A stretch of DNA of 64,000 nt from Candidatus Bathyarchaeia archaeon (GCA_038727135.1 JAVYWL010000001.1:640001-704000), one strand, 5' to 3'. Shown: positions 28,614 to 39,421, counted from the stretch's first letter. Numbers and translations are program-made. The notes: generated from the sequence alone by a model not told the origin.

Positions 28614-28640
28614 AAACTAGAGAGGGGAGGGGAGGCGAAA

Positions 28641-30506
28641 ATGAGAATACTGCAACTGCACTCCAACTATATCGAGTATAAGCCCATCCAGAAAGAAATC
28701 GCCATAGCTGAAGAAACAGACAAGGAAATAAAACGCTTAGAAGAAATCATCGTTTTGTTCACGGCAGTAGAAGAAGGTGACGACGAAACAGTAGCAAAAA
28801 AAGCCATCGAAGAGGTTAAATCCTTCCTTGAAAAACTGAAAGTAAACCGCATTCTAATATATCCCTATGCTCACCTCAGCAGCAACCTCGCAAAACCATC
28901 AGAGGCGCTAAAAGTTGTAAGGGCTATGGAGGCTTATGCAAAAGCCGAGGGCATAGAAACATATCGTGCACCTTTTGGCTGGAACAAGCAATTCACAATA
29001 TCAATAAAAGGGCATCCTTTAGCAGAGCAGTCCCGCGTTATAATGCCAGCGAAGGAGGAAAAGGAAGCCGAAAAAGTTTCAGAGGCGCTAAAAGCCGAAG
29101 AAAAACTAGAGTCCTTCTGGTACATTCTCCAGCCTGACGGTAAAATGGTTCCGGTGGAAGAGTTTGACTTCCGTGAACACGAGAACCTTGAAAAGTTTGC
29201 TAAATATGAAATTTCAAAGGTTAGGGCTAGCCAACAGATGCCACCTCACGTGCCGCTTATGAAGAGGCTTGAAATAGCCGACTACGAAGCTGGAAGCGAC
29301 CCTGGAAATATCCGCTGGTACCCAAAAGGCAGGCTCATAAAATCACTCATAGAACAGTACGTGACAGCCAAGGTTATAGAATACGGAGCGATGGAAGTTG
29401 AAACCCCCGTAATGTATGACTTCAGCCATCCAAGCCTAGCCGACTACCTAAACCGTTTTCCAGCGAGACAGTACCTCCTAAAATCAGAGGATAAAGAGCT
29501 CTTCCTACGGTTCGCCGCCTGTTTTGGTCAGTTCCTGATGGTTCACGACACACAGTTTTCCTACAAACATATGCCCCTAAAAGTCTACGAGCTAACCCGC
29601 TACAGCTTCAGAAGAGAAAAAAGCGGCGAAGTTGTAGGTTTGAGAAGGCTTAGGGCTTTCACAATGCCAGACTGCCACGCCTTCTGCACAGACCTAGAAC
29701 AAGCCAAAAAAGAGTTTGTCACAAGATTTAAACTCTGCATGGAAGTGCTGGAGGGCATAGGCTTATCAAAAGAAGATTACGAGGCGGCAATCCGATTCAC
29801 AAAAGACTTCTACGAAGAAAACAAAGACTTCATCGTAGACTTAGCAAAAATCTTCGGCAAGCCAGTCCTTGTTGAAATGTGGAAGGAACCCTTTTTCTAT
29901 TTTAGGCTAAAATGGGACTTCAACTTCGTCGACAACCAAGACAAAGCTGCAGCGCTGTCAACGGACCAGATAGACGTTGAAAACGCAAAAAGATACGACA
30001 TAACCTATGTGGATGAAAAGGGCCAAAGGCATCATCCGCTCATATTGCACTGTTCTCCAAGCGGCGCCGTGGAGCGCTGCATATACGCACTTTTAGAAAA
30101 AGCCTACAAACAACAACAAAAGGGCGAACCGCCAATGCTCCCAGTCTGGCTTTCACCAACACAGGTGCGCATAATCCCAATGTCAGACAAATACATCGAG
30201 CACTGCGAAAAACTAGCTGAAAAACTTGAAGCTAACCAAATCCGAGTAGACATAGACGACAGACCCTTAACACTGCAAAAACGCGTCAGAGAAGCCGAAA
30301 TGGAATGGATACCATACATAATAGTTGCGGGACAAAAGGAAATAGAGTCGGAAGTGCTCCCAGTCAGAGATAGAAAGGCTAAGCAAATACGCAAAATGAA
30401 GCTTGAAGAACTCATAAGTGAAATTAAAAGCCACGTGCAAGACAAACCCTTCAAGCCTCTGCCCCTGCCAAAACACGTCTCAAAAAGACCACAATTCTAC
30501 GGCTAA
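28641..30506 (+). CDS. thrS: Threonine--tRNA ligase (archaeal type, with editing domain)
   Basis: MRILQLH, YPYAHLS, RFAACFG, RLRAFTMPD, ILHCSPSG. Confidence 0.97.
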   Translation: MRILQLHSNYIEYKPIQKEIAIAEETDKEIKRLEEIIVLFTAVEEGDDETVAKKAIEEVKSFLEKLKVNRILIYPYAHLSSNLAKPSEALKVVRAMEAYAKAEGIETYRAPFGWNKQFTISIKGHPLAEQSRVIMPAKEEKEAEKVSEALKAEEKLESFWYILQPDGKMVPVEEFDFREHENLEKFAKYEISKVRASQQMPPHVPLMKRLEIADYEAGSDPGNIRWYPKGRLIKSLIEQYVTAKVIEYGAMEVETPVMYDFSHPSLADYLNRFPARQYLLKSEDKELFLRFAACFGQFLMVHDTQFSYKHMPLKVYELTRYSFRREKSGEVVGLRRLRAFTMPDCHAFCTDLEQAKKEFVTRFKLCMEVLEGIGLSKEDYEAAIRFTKDFYEENKDFIVDLAKIFGKPVLVEMWKEPFFYFRLKWDFNFVDNQDKAAALSTDQIDVENAKRYDITYVDEKGQRHHPLILHCSPSGAVERCIYALLEKAYKQQQKGEPPMLPVWLSPTQVRIIPMSDKYIEHCEKLAEKLEANQIRVDIDDRPLTLQKRVREAEMEWIPYIIVAGQKEIESEVLPVRDRKAKQIRKMKLEELISEIKSHVQDKPFKPLPLPKHVSKRPQFYG

Positions 30507-30590
30507 AGAACAATGGAAGTCAACCGGGACTGCCAAAACACATATCAACCCTAAGTAGAAAATTTCTGTTCTCCGAGAAGGGGAATCAGA

Positions 30591-31481
30591 TTGGATAAAG
30601 AGCTACTTGTGTATATAGATGGTGAATACTACCCAAAATCGCAAGCTAAAATTTCAGTTTACGATCATGGACTCTTGTACGGCGACGGGGTCTTCGAAGG
30701 AATCCGCGCCTATAACGGCGTGGTATTCAAACTAAAAGAACATATTGACAGGCTTTACCGTTCAGCCCACGCCATAATGCTACAAATCCCAATAACAAAG
30801 GAGGAGATGACAAACATAGTTCTGGAAACCCTCCGCAAAAACAACCTAAAAGACGCCTACATACGCCTAGTGGTAACAAGAGGCGTGGGCGACCTTGGAC
30901 TAGACCCGAGAAAATGCTCAAAACCAACAATAATCGTGATAACGGACACAATTGCGCTCCACAAGAGCGAGGCAAAAGAAAAGGGCATAACAGCAATGCT
31001 AACATGGGTGAAAAGAGACCCCGTTGACGCAACAAGCCACGAAATAAAATCACTGAACTATCTAAACAGCATACTCGCCAAAATAGAGGCAAACATAAAC
31101 GGCGTAGACGAAGCAATATGCCTAGACAAAAACGGATTCGTATGCGAAGGCGTAGCAGAAAACATATTCATAGTAAAAAATGGGCGAATATACACACCGC
31201 CAAGCTACACCGGAGCCTTGCCCGGAATAACAGCCGAAACAGTAAAAGAACTGGCCAAAAGCCTCGGATATGAGGTGCTAGAAAAGAACATAACCCCCTA
31301 CGAACTCTTCACAGCAGACGAAGTATTCTTCACAGGAACAGCAGCAGAAATTATACCAGTTAGAGAGATTAACAAGAGACAGATAGGAAACGGTAAACCG
31401 GGTCCAATAACAAAGAGGCTCATGGAGGAGTTCTCAAAGCTAGTTCAAGACCCAAGGTATGGAACACCAATCTACCAGTAG
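30591..31481 (+). CDS. ilvE: Branched-chain amino acid aminotransferase
   Basis: [34 protein letters not shown]. Confidence 0.95.
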   Translation: MDKELLVYIDGEYYPKSQAKISVYDHGLLYGDGVFEGIRAYNGVVFKLKEHIDRLYRSAHAIMLQIPITKEEMTNIVLETLRKNNLKDAYIRLVVTRGVGDLGLDPRKCSKPTIIVITDTIALHKSEAKEKGITAMLTWVKRDPVDATSHEIKSLNYLNSILAKIEANINGVDEAICLDKNGFVCEGVAENIFIVKNGRIYTPPSYTGALPGITAETVKELAKSLGYEVLEKNITPYELFTADEVFFTGTAAEIIPVREINKRQIGNGKPGPITKRLMEEFSKLVQDPRYGTPIYQ

Positions 31482-31497
31482 TAGACTCTTAACGCTT

Positions 31498-32703
31498 TCA
31501 CTTACTCTTTTTCATGAAGCTTTCCAGCAGATTAAAGGCTTCTTCAAGGGTTTCAATGGGCGGCAAGAAAACACCCCTAACATGACCAGCACCATATGTC
31601 GGGCAGAAACCGGAACCATGCACAAACAGCACACCGGTTTCCTTTAAAAGCTCCAGCACAAAATCTAGGTCGGTTCTCCATCGTGAGCCAACACCATGAA
31701 TCTTTGGGAAGACATAAAAAGCTGCTTCCGGCATTGTGCAACTTATCCCATCAATTTCATTCAACCTTTTCCAGGCATAGTCCCTTCTAGTCTTAAGCTT
31801 AGAAACCATCTCATGAATATGATCCTGAGGACCCTTCAAAGCGGCTACGCCGGCCTTTTGCACTGGAGTGTTGGCACAAATCCTTATCCTAGCCTCCTTC
31901 TCAACGCATTCCTTTAACTCTTTAAGCTCGCCTCTTGGGCTGTAAAAGTATATGTAACCAAGCCTCCAACCAGTCATCAAATAAGCCTTTGAAAAGCCAT
32001 TCATCCCAATAACAGGAACATCCTTGGCAAGACTCGCAGTGCTCCTAAACTTCTTCTCAAAGACAAGCTGATCATAAATTTCATCAGATATTACTGGAAT
32101 GCCATGCTCAGCAGCTAAATCCAAAATTTGCCTCAAAATCTTCTCATCGTAGAGGGCACCACATGGATTGTTAGGGTTAATGATAACAATTGCGCGAGTC
32201 TTGCTGGAAATTTTTCTCCTCAAATCGTCAACGTTCGGTTGCCAGCCCCGCTCCTCGACAGTCTCATATGTGACGGGCTTTCCCCCAAAAAACTTTGCAT
32301 ACGAAATGTATGGTGGATATGTTGGACCAGGAAGAAGAACCTCATCCCCAGCATCAACAAGAGCAGCCATAACCATCTGAATGCCCTCAGAAATCCCAGA
32401 CGTGACGATAACATCATCAGCTGAAATATCCACACCATTCAAACGCTTTTCCTTTTCACTAATGGCTTCTCTAAGCTCAGGCAAACCTTCAGAAGCAGAA
32501 TAAGCATTCGTTCCACTCTTAACAGCATCAAACAAAGCTTGTTTAATGTGCTCCGGGGTGTCAAAATCAAAAGCCACAGGGTCCCCGATGTTCAAGTAAA
32601 AAATTTTCTTACCGGTCTTCGCAAGTGCTCTGGCATACACGATCACATCACGGATGGCATATTCGATGGTACGGGCTCTATCAGTAACCCTCACATTAAC
32701 CAA
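31498..32703 (-). CDS. Class I/II PLP aminotransferase (AlaA-like)
   Basis: EYAIRDV, LNIGDP, INPNNPCG, SDEIY, GFSKAYLMTGWRLG. Confidence 0.9.
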   Translation of the reverse strand: MVNVRVTDRARTIEYAIRDVIVYARALAKTGKKIFYLNIGDPVAFDFDTPEHIKQALFDAVKSGTNAYSASEGLPELREAISEKEKRLNGVDISADDVIVTSGISEGIQMVMAALVDAGDEVLLPGPTYPPYISYAKFFGGKPVTYETVEERGWQPNVDDLRRKISSKTRAIVIINPNNPCGALYDEKILRQILDLAAEHGIPVISDEIYDQLVFEKKFRSTASLAKDVPVIGMNGFSKAYLMTGWRLGYIYFYSPRGELKELKECVEKEARIRICANTPVQKAGVAALKGPQDHIHEMVSKLKTRRDYAWKRLNEIDGISCTMPEAAFYVFPKIHGVGSRWRTDLDFVLELLKETGVLFVHGSGFCPTYGAGHVRGVFLPPIETLEEAFNLLESFMKKSK

Positions 32704-32770
32704 ACCCTTACCTCCACCTCTAGAGAAACAAGGCTTTGACTTTCAAAAGATAAAAGGCTTATGGGATGCT

Positions 32771-34492
32771 TTATGGGATATGATAAACCGATGATGTCCC
32801 CACAGACTCATCTGTAAGAACGGTTATAACTATATCTTCGTTTGAGTATTTCTGCCAATCAAACGGACATAGAAGGGTAATTTCTTCACCAACATTGACT
32901 GTTACCTGGTTTTTAGGAAGCACATACTCCAGCGTATTTGTCGCATTCCCGACTTTTATAACAATTTTTGACAATGTGAGGTTCCATAAAGAATAATCCA
33001 TATTTTTAATAGTCACGTTTAAATATTTCACCCCCGCGTCTTCAACGCAACCCACAGATGTAATGTTGAGTTCTGCCACTGGAAGAACGAAAGTAAAATC
33101 AAATGTATACTCTTTTAGCGACGTACTTGTCACAATATGCACCGTTAATGTTAAGTTCCTGTCGGTGGTGCTCACAAAACTTGCCCAATTAAAGTCGCAT
33201 GTAAATGTTATATGATCGCCAGGTGCAATTGGCCCGTATGGAAGCGATGGATCTACCTTTGTGCCGTTCAATATCACTCCTTTTGCAACAATTTTTGTCA
33301 CATTGATAGCTTCAAGCGATGAAACATGATTCTGAATCGTTATGTTAAGGTGTCCCCTATCCTTTAGATTAAAAACACTTGCTTTATTCAAAACCTCAAC
33401 AATTATTGGAGGCGGTGTGGTTGCATTAAATGACATCTCAAACCCCTGGAGAAAATAAGCTATAACCATAATTGTTCTATTTCTATACTCTTTCCATTCC
33501 CAATTAAAAATGAAAGTCCTTGTCATGTTTAGCATGATACCAGCTGAGCCGCACTCAAATGGGTCAAGATATGTTCCATTGTCTAGTCTACATCTTATTT
33601 TTGTAACGTTTACGTAGCTTGCAGATGCATCGGAGTTAAAAATTGTTACATTAAAGTGGCTTGTGTCTTCTTTGCTAAAATCCACACTTTTAATAAAGAC
33701 GCTAAACCCTTTGAGTTCAAATTCCTTTCTAAAGATATATCCCTGCTTTGTCTTGACTATAAGCGGAATTGTTGCTGAAACTCCTGACCAGGTGATGTTG
33801 ACCCTGAATTCTTGCGATCCGTTTTTTGGAATCGTGATGGGCTGTTCTTCAACATTTGGGCTTATTTCGGCGTCGATCACTCCCCAGATATCTATTCTCG
33901 TTACTGTTACGTTAACCTCTGATTGCGGGTCGCTTGTTAATGTAATATTGCATTTCTTAACAGATATCCTTGGGTCAAAGTTTAAATTTATATTTAGCTG
34001 AACAAAGGGAAGTTTTGTTCTTATATTTGCAGCTGTTGAGTCTAGAGAAAAAATGTGCACAATTATGCTTTTGCCAGCGAAACCAAATCTACCAATGAGT
34101 TCTCCAAGCGTAGCGTTTGTATTATCCTTCTTAATTTTTACGCACGTTATGTTTTTGGACTCGCCTATAGGAATCACTATTCCATTTTCCAGAGGTGGTC
34201 GTGTTTCAACGACGTCGTAAAGTTGTGTTTCTCCTTCGAGGCTTATTGCTATTTTGGATATTGTTGCGTCTGTCGGTGAATATGAAGGGTTTAGCACGTT
34301 GATGGTGAACTGATCAACGTTTTCTTTGTCTATGTAAACATCAGTTATTGTGAGGGCAGTCCCTTGTGGTTTTTTAGCGTAGTAGGCAATGGTGAAGGCG
34401 TATGAAACTATTCCGCCAACTATTGCTGAAATTATCATGAGAATTATAATCAAAAGGGTTGAAACTGCTTTAACATTTGTTCGCCATTTCAT
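32771..34492 (-). CDS. Large class III signal-peptide (pilin/archaellin-like) surface glycoprotein with tandem beta domains
   Basis: NVKA|VS followed by a hydrophobic stretch; about 5 internally similar domains; about 20 N-x-S/T sequons. Confidence 0.7.
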   Translation of the reverse strand: MKWRTNVKAVSTLLIIILMIISAIVGGIVSYAFTIAYYAKKPQGTALTITDVYIDKENVDQFTINVLNPSYSPTDATISKIAISLEGETQLYDVVETRPPLENGIVIPIGESKNITCVKIKKDNTNATLGELIGRFGFAGKSIIVHIFSLDSTAANIRTKLPFVQLNINLNFDPRISVKKCNITLTSDPQSEVNVTVTRIDIWGVIDAEISPNVEEQPITIPKNGSQEFRVNITWSGVSATIPLIVKTKQGYIFRKEFELKGFSVFIKSVDFSKEDTSHFNVTIFNSDASASYVNVTKIRCRLDNGTYLDPFECGSAGIMLNMTRTFIFNWEWKEYRNRTIMVIAYFLQGFEMSFNATTPPPIIVEVLNKASVFNLKDRGHLNITIQNHVSSLEAINVTKIVAKGVILNGTKVDPSLPYGPIAPGDHITFTCDFNWASFVSTTDRNLTLTVHIVTSTSLKEYTFDFTFVLPVAELNITSVGCVEDAGVKYLNVTIKNMDYSLWNLTLSKIVIKVGNATNTLEYVLPKNQVTVNVGEEITLLCPFDWQKYSNEDIVITVLTDESVGTSSVYHIP

Positions 34493-34630
34493 AATCCTCA
34501 CGTTCCCAAGCTTTCTAGACTCATATTCCTTTGAAATAGATAAACATTCCTTTTAGGCGATTTCCAAAGGCAAATTTATAATACATGTTTTGACCGTTCT
34601 TAAAATTCTGCACGTCCCTGAGGGAGTCTT

Positions 34631-35917
34631 GTGGCCGAATACGACGCGGTTATAGTTGGGGCAGGCGTTATCGGCTTATCAACTGCTTATCATATTAAGA
34701 GGCAAAATCCAGGTTTGAGAATTTTAGTTGTTGATAAGTTTAGTGCGGCGGGGCAGGGAAGCACTGCAAAGAGCATGTCCGCATTCCGCTGTTTGTTCTC
34801 TTCTCCAATAAATTATGTTCTTTCCGACTCTTCTGTTGACTTTTATAATTATGTGCAAACGGGACTTGGCGTTGACTTAAAATTGTTTTTTGTGGGATAT
34901 TTGTGGCTTTTAGGGGAAGATGATTTTGCGGAGATGGCTCCAATTTTGAAAGAGTTAGCAGCCAAAGGCCTAAAATATAGAGAGTATGAAGCTGAAGAAC
35001 TCGTCAAGCCGCTTGGCTTGAATATATGTCTGTGTGGCGATGAAGAAGCCGAGCTTATGGGACTGAAGGATGTTTATAAGGGAATTTTTATTCCGAAGGC
35101 GGGGATTATTGATGCTGACTGCATTGTTAAATTTTATGAGGAAGAATTTTTGCGACTTGGCGGAGAGATTCGCTATAGCGTTAAGGTCCAAGATTTGATA
35201 GTTGAGGCGTGCAAACCCCTTGGGATAGCTGGAGAACCATTTTTCTGGCAAGAGTCGAGAGTGGCGGGTGTAAAAACAGATTCAGGAGTGATCAAAGCGA
35301 GGAAAACAATTTTAGCGGCAGGTGCTTGGCTTTCTCAACTTTTAGATGGTGTTGGAATTGAGTGTTTTATAAAGCCTAAAAAAAGGCAGGTTTTTGCTGT
35401 GGAAGCCAAAAATCCCCTTTTAAGGCGCTTGCTTTTCGCAGAAGGTTTTAATCCCGTCGGCTGCTTGCCCTTTACCATTTTGCCTAAACCTAGAGTTTTA
35501 ATAAGGCCATTTCCTACGGAGAGGGTTTTTTGGCTTAGTTATGCTGATGATTTTCCAAGGGCTTTTAAGCTTGAGGATGACCCTCAGCCTGAGAAAAACT
35601 TCTATCAGTATGGGATATATCAAGTTCTTGTGAAGTATTTTCCCCAGTTTAGGGATTGCCGTCCATATTCTGCTTTTGCTGGGCTTTATGAGATTAACAC
35701 CTTGGATGGGCATCCGGTGATTTTTGAGGAGAAGGATTTAATTGTCGTTGGCGGTGCCAGTGGAAGTGGTATTATGAAGGCGGATGCTATTGGTAGAATA
35801 GCTGCAGCCCTTTATAATGGCGAGGAGTATGCGCTTCTTTTTGGTGATAGAAAATTTAAAGTCAGTGATTTAAGCATAAAGGGAAGATGTGTTGAGCCTG
35901 AAAGGCTGCAAATTTAG
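34631..35917 (+). CDS. FAD-dependent oxidoreductase, likely homodimeric dye-linked L-proline dehydrogenase
   Basis: GAGVIG. Close recalled similarity to Aeropyrum LPDH: SMSAFR, LGIAGEPFFWQE, PKKRQVF, LEDDPQPE, GASGSGIMKADAIGR, EPERL. Confidence 0.75.
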   Translation: MAEYDAVIVGAGVIGLSTAYHIKRQNPGLRILVVDKFSAAGQGSTAKSMSAFRCLFSSPINYVLSDSSVDFYNYVQTGLGVDLKLFFVGYLWLLGEDDFAEMAPILKELAAKGLKYREYEAEELVKPLGLNICLCGDEEAELMGLKDVYKGIFIPKAGIIDADCIVKFYEEEFLRLGGEIRYSVKVQDLIVEACKPLGIAGEPFFWQESRVAGVKTDSGVIKARKTILAAGAWLSQLLDGVGIECFIKPKKRQVFAVEAKNPLLRRLLFAEGFNPVGCLPFTILPKPRVLIRPFPTERVFWLSYADDFPRAFKLEDDPQPEKNFYQYGIYQVLVKYFPQFRDCRPYSAFAGLYEINTLDGHPVIFEEKDLIVVGGASGSGIMKADAIGRIAAALYNGEEYALLFGDRKFKVSDLSIKGRCVEPERLQI

Positions 35918-35990
35918 TGGTTTCGAACAGTGAATTTTATTAACAGTGAGATGTGATACGGTATGCTGTCTGTGTTAAAGATGATGCGTT

Positions 35991-37823
35991 ATGTATGGTT
36001 GGAATGGTAAATTCTTAAGGATTAACTTAACTAAACAGAAGGCTGTTATTAAAGAGTATGATTCTGTGTTTGCGAGGAATTTTCTTGGAGGCAGAGGGTT
36101 TGCCGCCAAAATTTTGTGGGATGAATTAAAACCCGGTGTAGATCCTTTTTCGCCGGAGAATAGGCTGATATTTGCAGCGGGACCTTTAACTGGTTTTGCT
36201 TTACCAAGCAGTGGAAAAATGGTTGTTGCAGCTAAAAGCCCACTAACAAGCGGCTATGGCGATGGAAATATTGGAACTTACGCCGCTGTTCAACTGCGCA
36301 AAGCGGGTTATGATGCAGTAATCATTGAAGGGAAGGCTGAAGGACCAACCGTTCTACTCATTGAAGACAATATGATAGAGTTTTTGGACGCAGAGGAACT
36401 TTGGGGTCTAAATGCTTTCGAAACCGAAGACAGATTGCGAGGCACTTATGGAACGACCGCTGGAATCCTTGTAATCGGGCAAGGCGGCGAAAACCTTGTG
36501 CGGTTTGCTAACATTGTCTCTCAGAAGGGGCGGGGCGGCGGGAGATCCGGAATGGGTGCTGTTATGGGTTCTAAGAACCTTAAAGCCGTTGTTATAGTTG
36601 GCAGTGGTGAATTACAAGCTGCTTATCCTAAGGATTTGAAGGAGCTCGGTGCAGAAGCGTATAGGGAGGTTTTGACGAAGCCGAATTATGCCTTCTGGAA
36701 ACGTCAAGGTACTATGATGGTGATTGAGTGGAGCCAGGAAAACAGCGTACTACCCACATACAATTTTAGTGAGGGGGTTTTTGAGGATGGGGAGGCTATA
36801 GGCGGCTTTTTTATGGAGAAGATTAAGTCTTCCCAAAAGGGGTGTCCCAACTGTAACATGACATGCGGCAACGTTGTTAAGGACGCTGACCGCAAAGAGT
36901 CTGAACTTGACTATGAGAATGTCGCCATGCTGGGTTCCAACATTGGCGTCGGCGATTTGAAAAAGGTTGCAGTTCTTAATAGGTTGGCTGATGAATTCGG
37001 CTTGGATACGATTTCGCTTGGCAATGCTATTGGCTTCGCTATGGAGGCTTCTGAAAATGGGTTGATTAGCGAAAAGATTCCATGGGGAAATTATAAGGCT
37101 GCTAGGGCTTTGATTGAGGATATTGCCTATAAGCGTGGTATTGGTGCAACTCTTGCGGAAGGTGTACGTTTTGCAGCTGAAAAAATTGGAGGGAATTCAA
37201 GCCGCTGGGCTATGCATGTTAAAGGATTAGAGATTTCAGCTTATGACTGCCATGCTGCGCCGGCGATGGCTCTTTCATATGCCACCAGCCCCATCGGGGC
37301 TCATCATAAAGATGCGTGGATAATATCTTGGGAAGTTAAAGTTGGTAGAGGGCGATACAGTGAAGAAAAAGTTGACAAAGTTATCGAGTTACAACGCATT
37401 CGAGGAGGCTTTTTCGAGTGTGCCACTGTTTGCAGGTTTCCATGGGTTGAGCTTGGCTTTGAGCTTGAATGGTACCCAAAGTTTTTGCACGCTGTAACAG
37501 GCTTTGAGATTAGCTGGGACGAGCTAAACCTAATAGCTGACAGAGTTTACAACTTGATTCGAGCGTTTTGGATACGGGAGTACGGCAGGAACTGGAGTCG
37601 GGAAATGGACTTTCCGCCAGCTAGATGGTTTGAGGAACCGCTAACAAAGGGAAATTTGAAAGGTGCAAAGCTTGACAGGGCGAAGTATGAGGTTATGCTC
37701 AATATGTACTATCGAAAAAGAGGATGGGATGAAAGGGGGATTCCAACAAAAACTACCCTTGAGAAGCTTGGTTTAAAGGATGTTGCTAAACAACTTAAGA
37801 AACGTGTTAAACTGTGGGAGTGA
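35991..37823 (+). CDS. aor: Tungsten aldehyde:ferredoxin oxidoreductase family
   Basis: FLGGRG, KSPLT, GAVMGSKNLKA, C-x2-C-x3-C, DYEN, DEFGLDTIS, YYRKRGWDERGIP. Confidence 0.92.
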   Translation: MYGWNGKFLRINLTKQKAVIKEYDSVFARNFLGGRGFAAKILWDELKPGVDPFSPENRLIFAAGPLTGFALPSSGKMVVAAKSPLTSGYGDGNIGTYAAVQLRKAGYDAVIIEGKAEGPTVLLIEDNMIEFLDAEELWGLNAFETEDRLRGTYGTTAGILVIGQGGENLVRFANIVSQKGRGGGRSGMGAVMGSKNLKAVVIVGSGELQAAYPKDLKELGAEAYREVLTKPNYAFWKRQGTMMVIEWSQENSVLPTYNFSEGVFEDGEAIGGFFMEKIKSSQKGCPNCNMTCGNVVKDADRKESELDYENVAMLGSNIGVGDLKKVAVLNRLADEFGLDTISLGNAIGFAMEASENGLISEKIPWGNYKAARALIEDIAYKRGIGATLAEGVRFAAEKIGGNSSRWAMHVKGLEISAYDCHAAPAMALSYATSPIGAHHKDAWIISWEVKVGRGRYSEEKVDKVIELQRIRGGFFECATVCRFPWVELGFELEWYPKFLHAVTGFEISWDELNLIADRVYNLIRAFWIREYGRNWSREMDFPPARWFEEPLTKGNLKGAKLDRAKYEVMLNMYYRKRGWDERGIPTKTTLEKLGLKDVAKQLKKRVKLWE

Positions 37824-37848
37824 AAAACGACAAACGGTCGACTTAACG

Positions 37849-39291
37849 CTAGTATGATTTGGCAAAGTAAACGACTTCTTTCGCCTCTTTACTGCAATAG
37901 ATGCAGTTGGAGAACGGCTCTTCCCTTTCAAACGGGATAAGCCTAATGGTCGCGGTTGTCTCCTCCTTTATTTTTTCCTCGCATTCTCGGCTGCCGCACC
38001 AACAAGCCTTTATGAACCCACCCTTCCCTTTTAAGACCTGCTTGAATTCCTCGTAATTTTTTACCGGTGTTATCATTTCTTCCAAGAACTTTTTGGCTTT
38101 GTTAAATAGGTTGCTTTGAATAGCCTCTAAAAGTTGCTGCACCGTTTCAATAAGTTTTTCCTCCTTTACGACTTGTTTTTCGAAGGTGTCTCTTCTGGCA
38201 ATCGTTACTTGTCCCTGTTTCACATCTCTTGGTCCTATCTCGATTCGCAGTGGCACGCCTTTTAGTTCCCAATCGTTAAATTTCCATCCGGGAGTGTACT
38301 CTTTCCTATCATCTAGGATTGTGGAAATTCCCGCTTTTTGCAGTTTTTCGTGGGCTTCCCTCGCTTTTGTCAGTATTGTGCTTGTGTCCGCATCTTTATA
38401 TGGTATAGGGATTATAACAGCTTGTATTGGAGCTATTTTTGGCGGTAGGACCAGTCCCTTGTCGTCTCCGTGGACCATTACCAGTGCGCCTATAACTCGT
38501 GTTGATATGCCCCATGAAGTTTGCCAAACGTAATGCTCCTTTTCGTCTTCGCCTATGAATTTAATGTTGAAAACTTTTGAGAAGTTTTGCCCAAGATTAT
38601 GCGATGTGCCCATTTGTAGTGCTCTGCCGTCGGGCATTATTGCCTCCAAAGTTGTTGTGTAAAGGGCTCCGGCAAACTTCTCGCTTTCAGTCTTTCTGCC
38701 AATAAGCACGGGGATGGCTAAATAATTCTCCATCAGGTCTTTGTATTCGTTGAGGATTTCCATGACTTCTTTATCTGCCTCCTCCTTTGTCGCGTGGGCT
38801 GTGTGTCCCTCCTGCCACAAGAACTCCCTAGTTCTGAGGAAAAGTTTGGTGGCTTTTGTTTCCCACCTTACGACACTGCACCACTGGTTCAGCTTGATTG
38901 GTAGATCTCTCCAGCTTCTAATCCATTTTGCGTATGTTGCATAAATTATGGTTTCAGATGTTGGTCTTATGGCGAGCTTTTCTTCTAGTGGTGTGTCGCC
39001 ACCTATAGTAACCCACGCGACTTCTGGCACAAATCCTGCAAAGTGTTCTGCCTCTTTCCTTAGGAAGCTTTCGGGTATGAAGAGGGGGAAGTACACGTTT
39101 TTGTGTCCTGTTTTTTTTATTTTTGCATTGAAGATTTCTTGGATTTTTTCCCATATGGCGTATGAGAGCTCTCTGAAAATCATGCATCCCTTTATTGGCG
39201 CGTAGTCTGCAAGACCGGATTTCAACACGACTTGGGTGTACCATTCGGAAAAGTCTTCAGACTTTTTGACAGTTATTCCTAGATCTGACAT
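37849..39291 (-). CDS. proS: Proline--tRNA ligase (archaeal/eukaryotic type)
   Basis: DFSEWY, RPTSET, LRTREFLWQEGHT, TSWGISTR, C-terminal FAKSY. Confidence 0.97.
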   Translation of the reverse strand: MSDLGITVKKSEDFSEWYTQVVLKSGLADYAPIKGCMIFRELSYAIWEKIQEIFNAKIKKTGHKNVYFPLFIPESFLRKEAEHFAGFVPEVAWVTIGGDTPLEEKLAIRPTSETIIYATYAKWIRSWRDLPIKLNQWCSVVRWETKATKLFLRTREFLWQEGHTAHATKEEADKEVMEILNEYKDLMENYLAIPVLIGRKTESEKFAGALYTTTLEAIMPDGRALQMGTSHNLGQNFSKVFNIKFIGEDEKEHYVWQTSWGISTRVIGALVMVHGDDKGLVLPPKIAPIQAVIIPIPYKDADTSTILTKAREAHEKLQKAGISTILDDRKEYTPGWKFNDWELKGVPLRIEIGPRDVKQGQVTIARRDTFEKQVVKEEKLIETVQQLLEAIQSNLFNKAKKFLEEMITPVKNYEEFKQVLKGKGGFIKACWCGSRECEEKIKEETTATIRLIPFEREEPFSNCIYCSKEAKEVVYFAKSY

Positions 39292-39336
39292 TTCATCCTC
39301 TCCTTTGCTTTTGGTTGTTTGTTGAATATAATTCTA

Positions 39337-39421
39337 ATGCGGGGGCTGGTCTCTATGCTAGGCGTTTTCTGAAGAAGTTTAGCAAAGTGGAACGTGATCG
39401 CCCATTTCCAACCACTCGCAT
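39337..39421 (-). ncRNA. Candidate structured RNA / leader upstream of proS
   Basis: The ends pair (AUGCGAG-UGGUUGG with CCAGCC-CCCGCAU); inner stem UGGGCG/CGCCUA; begins 27 nt after the first T of a BRE-TTTAAATA box (39441-39448). Confidence 0.4.

Noticed and set aside
39337-39421. Canonical T-box riboswitch, Pro-codon attenuator, or C/D or H/ACA guide
   Set aside because: No T-box consensus or terminator, no Pro codons in the 22-aa uORF, and no clean RUGAUGA/CUGA pair or adjacent ACA box; kept only as an unclassified candidate.
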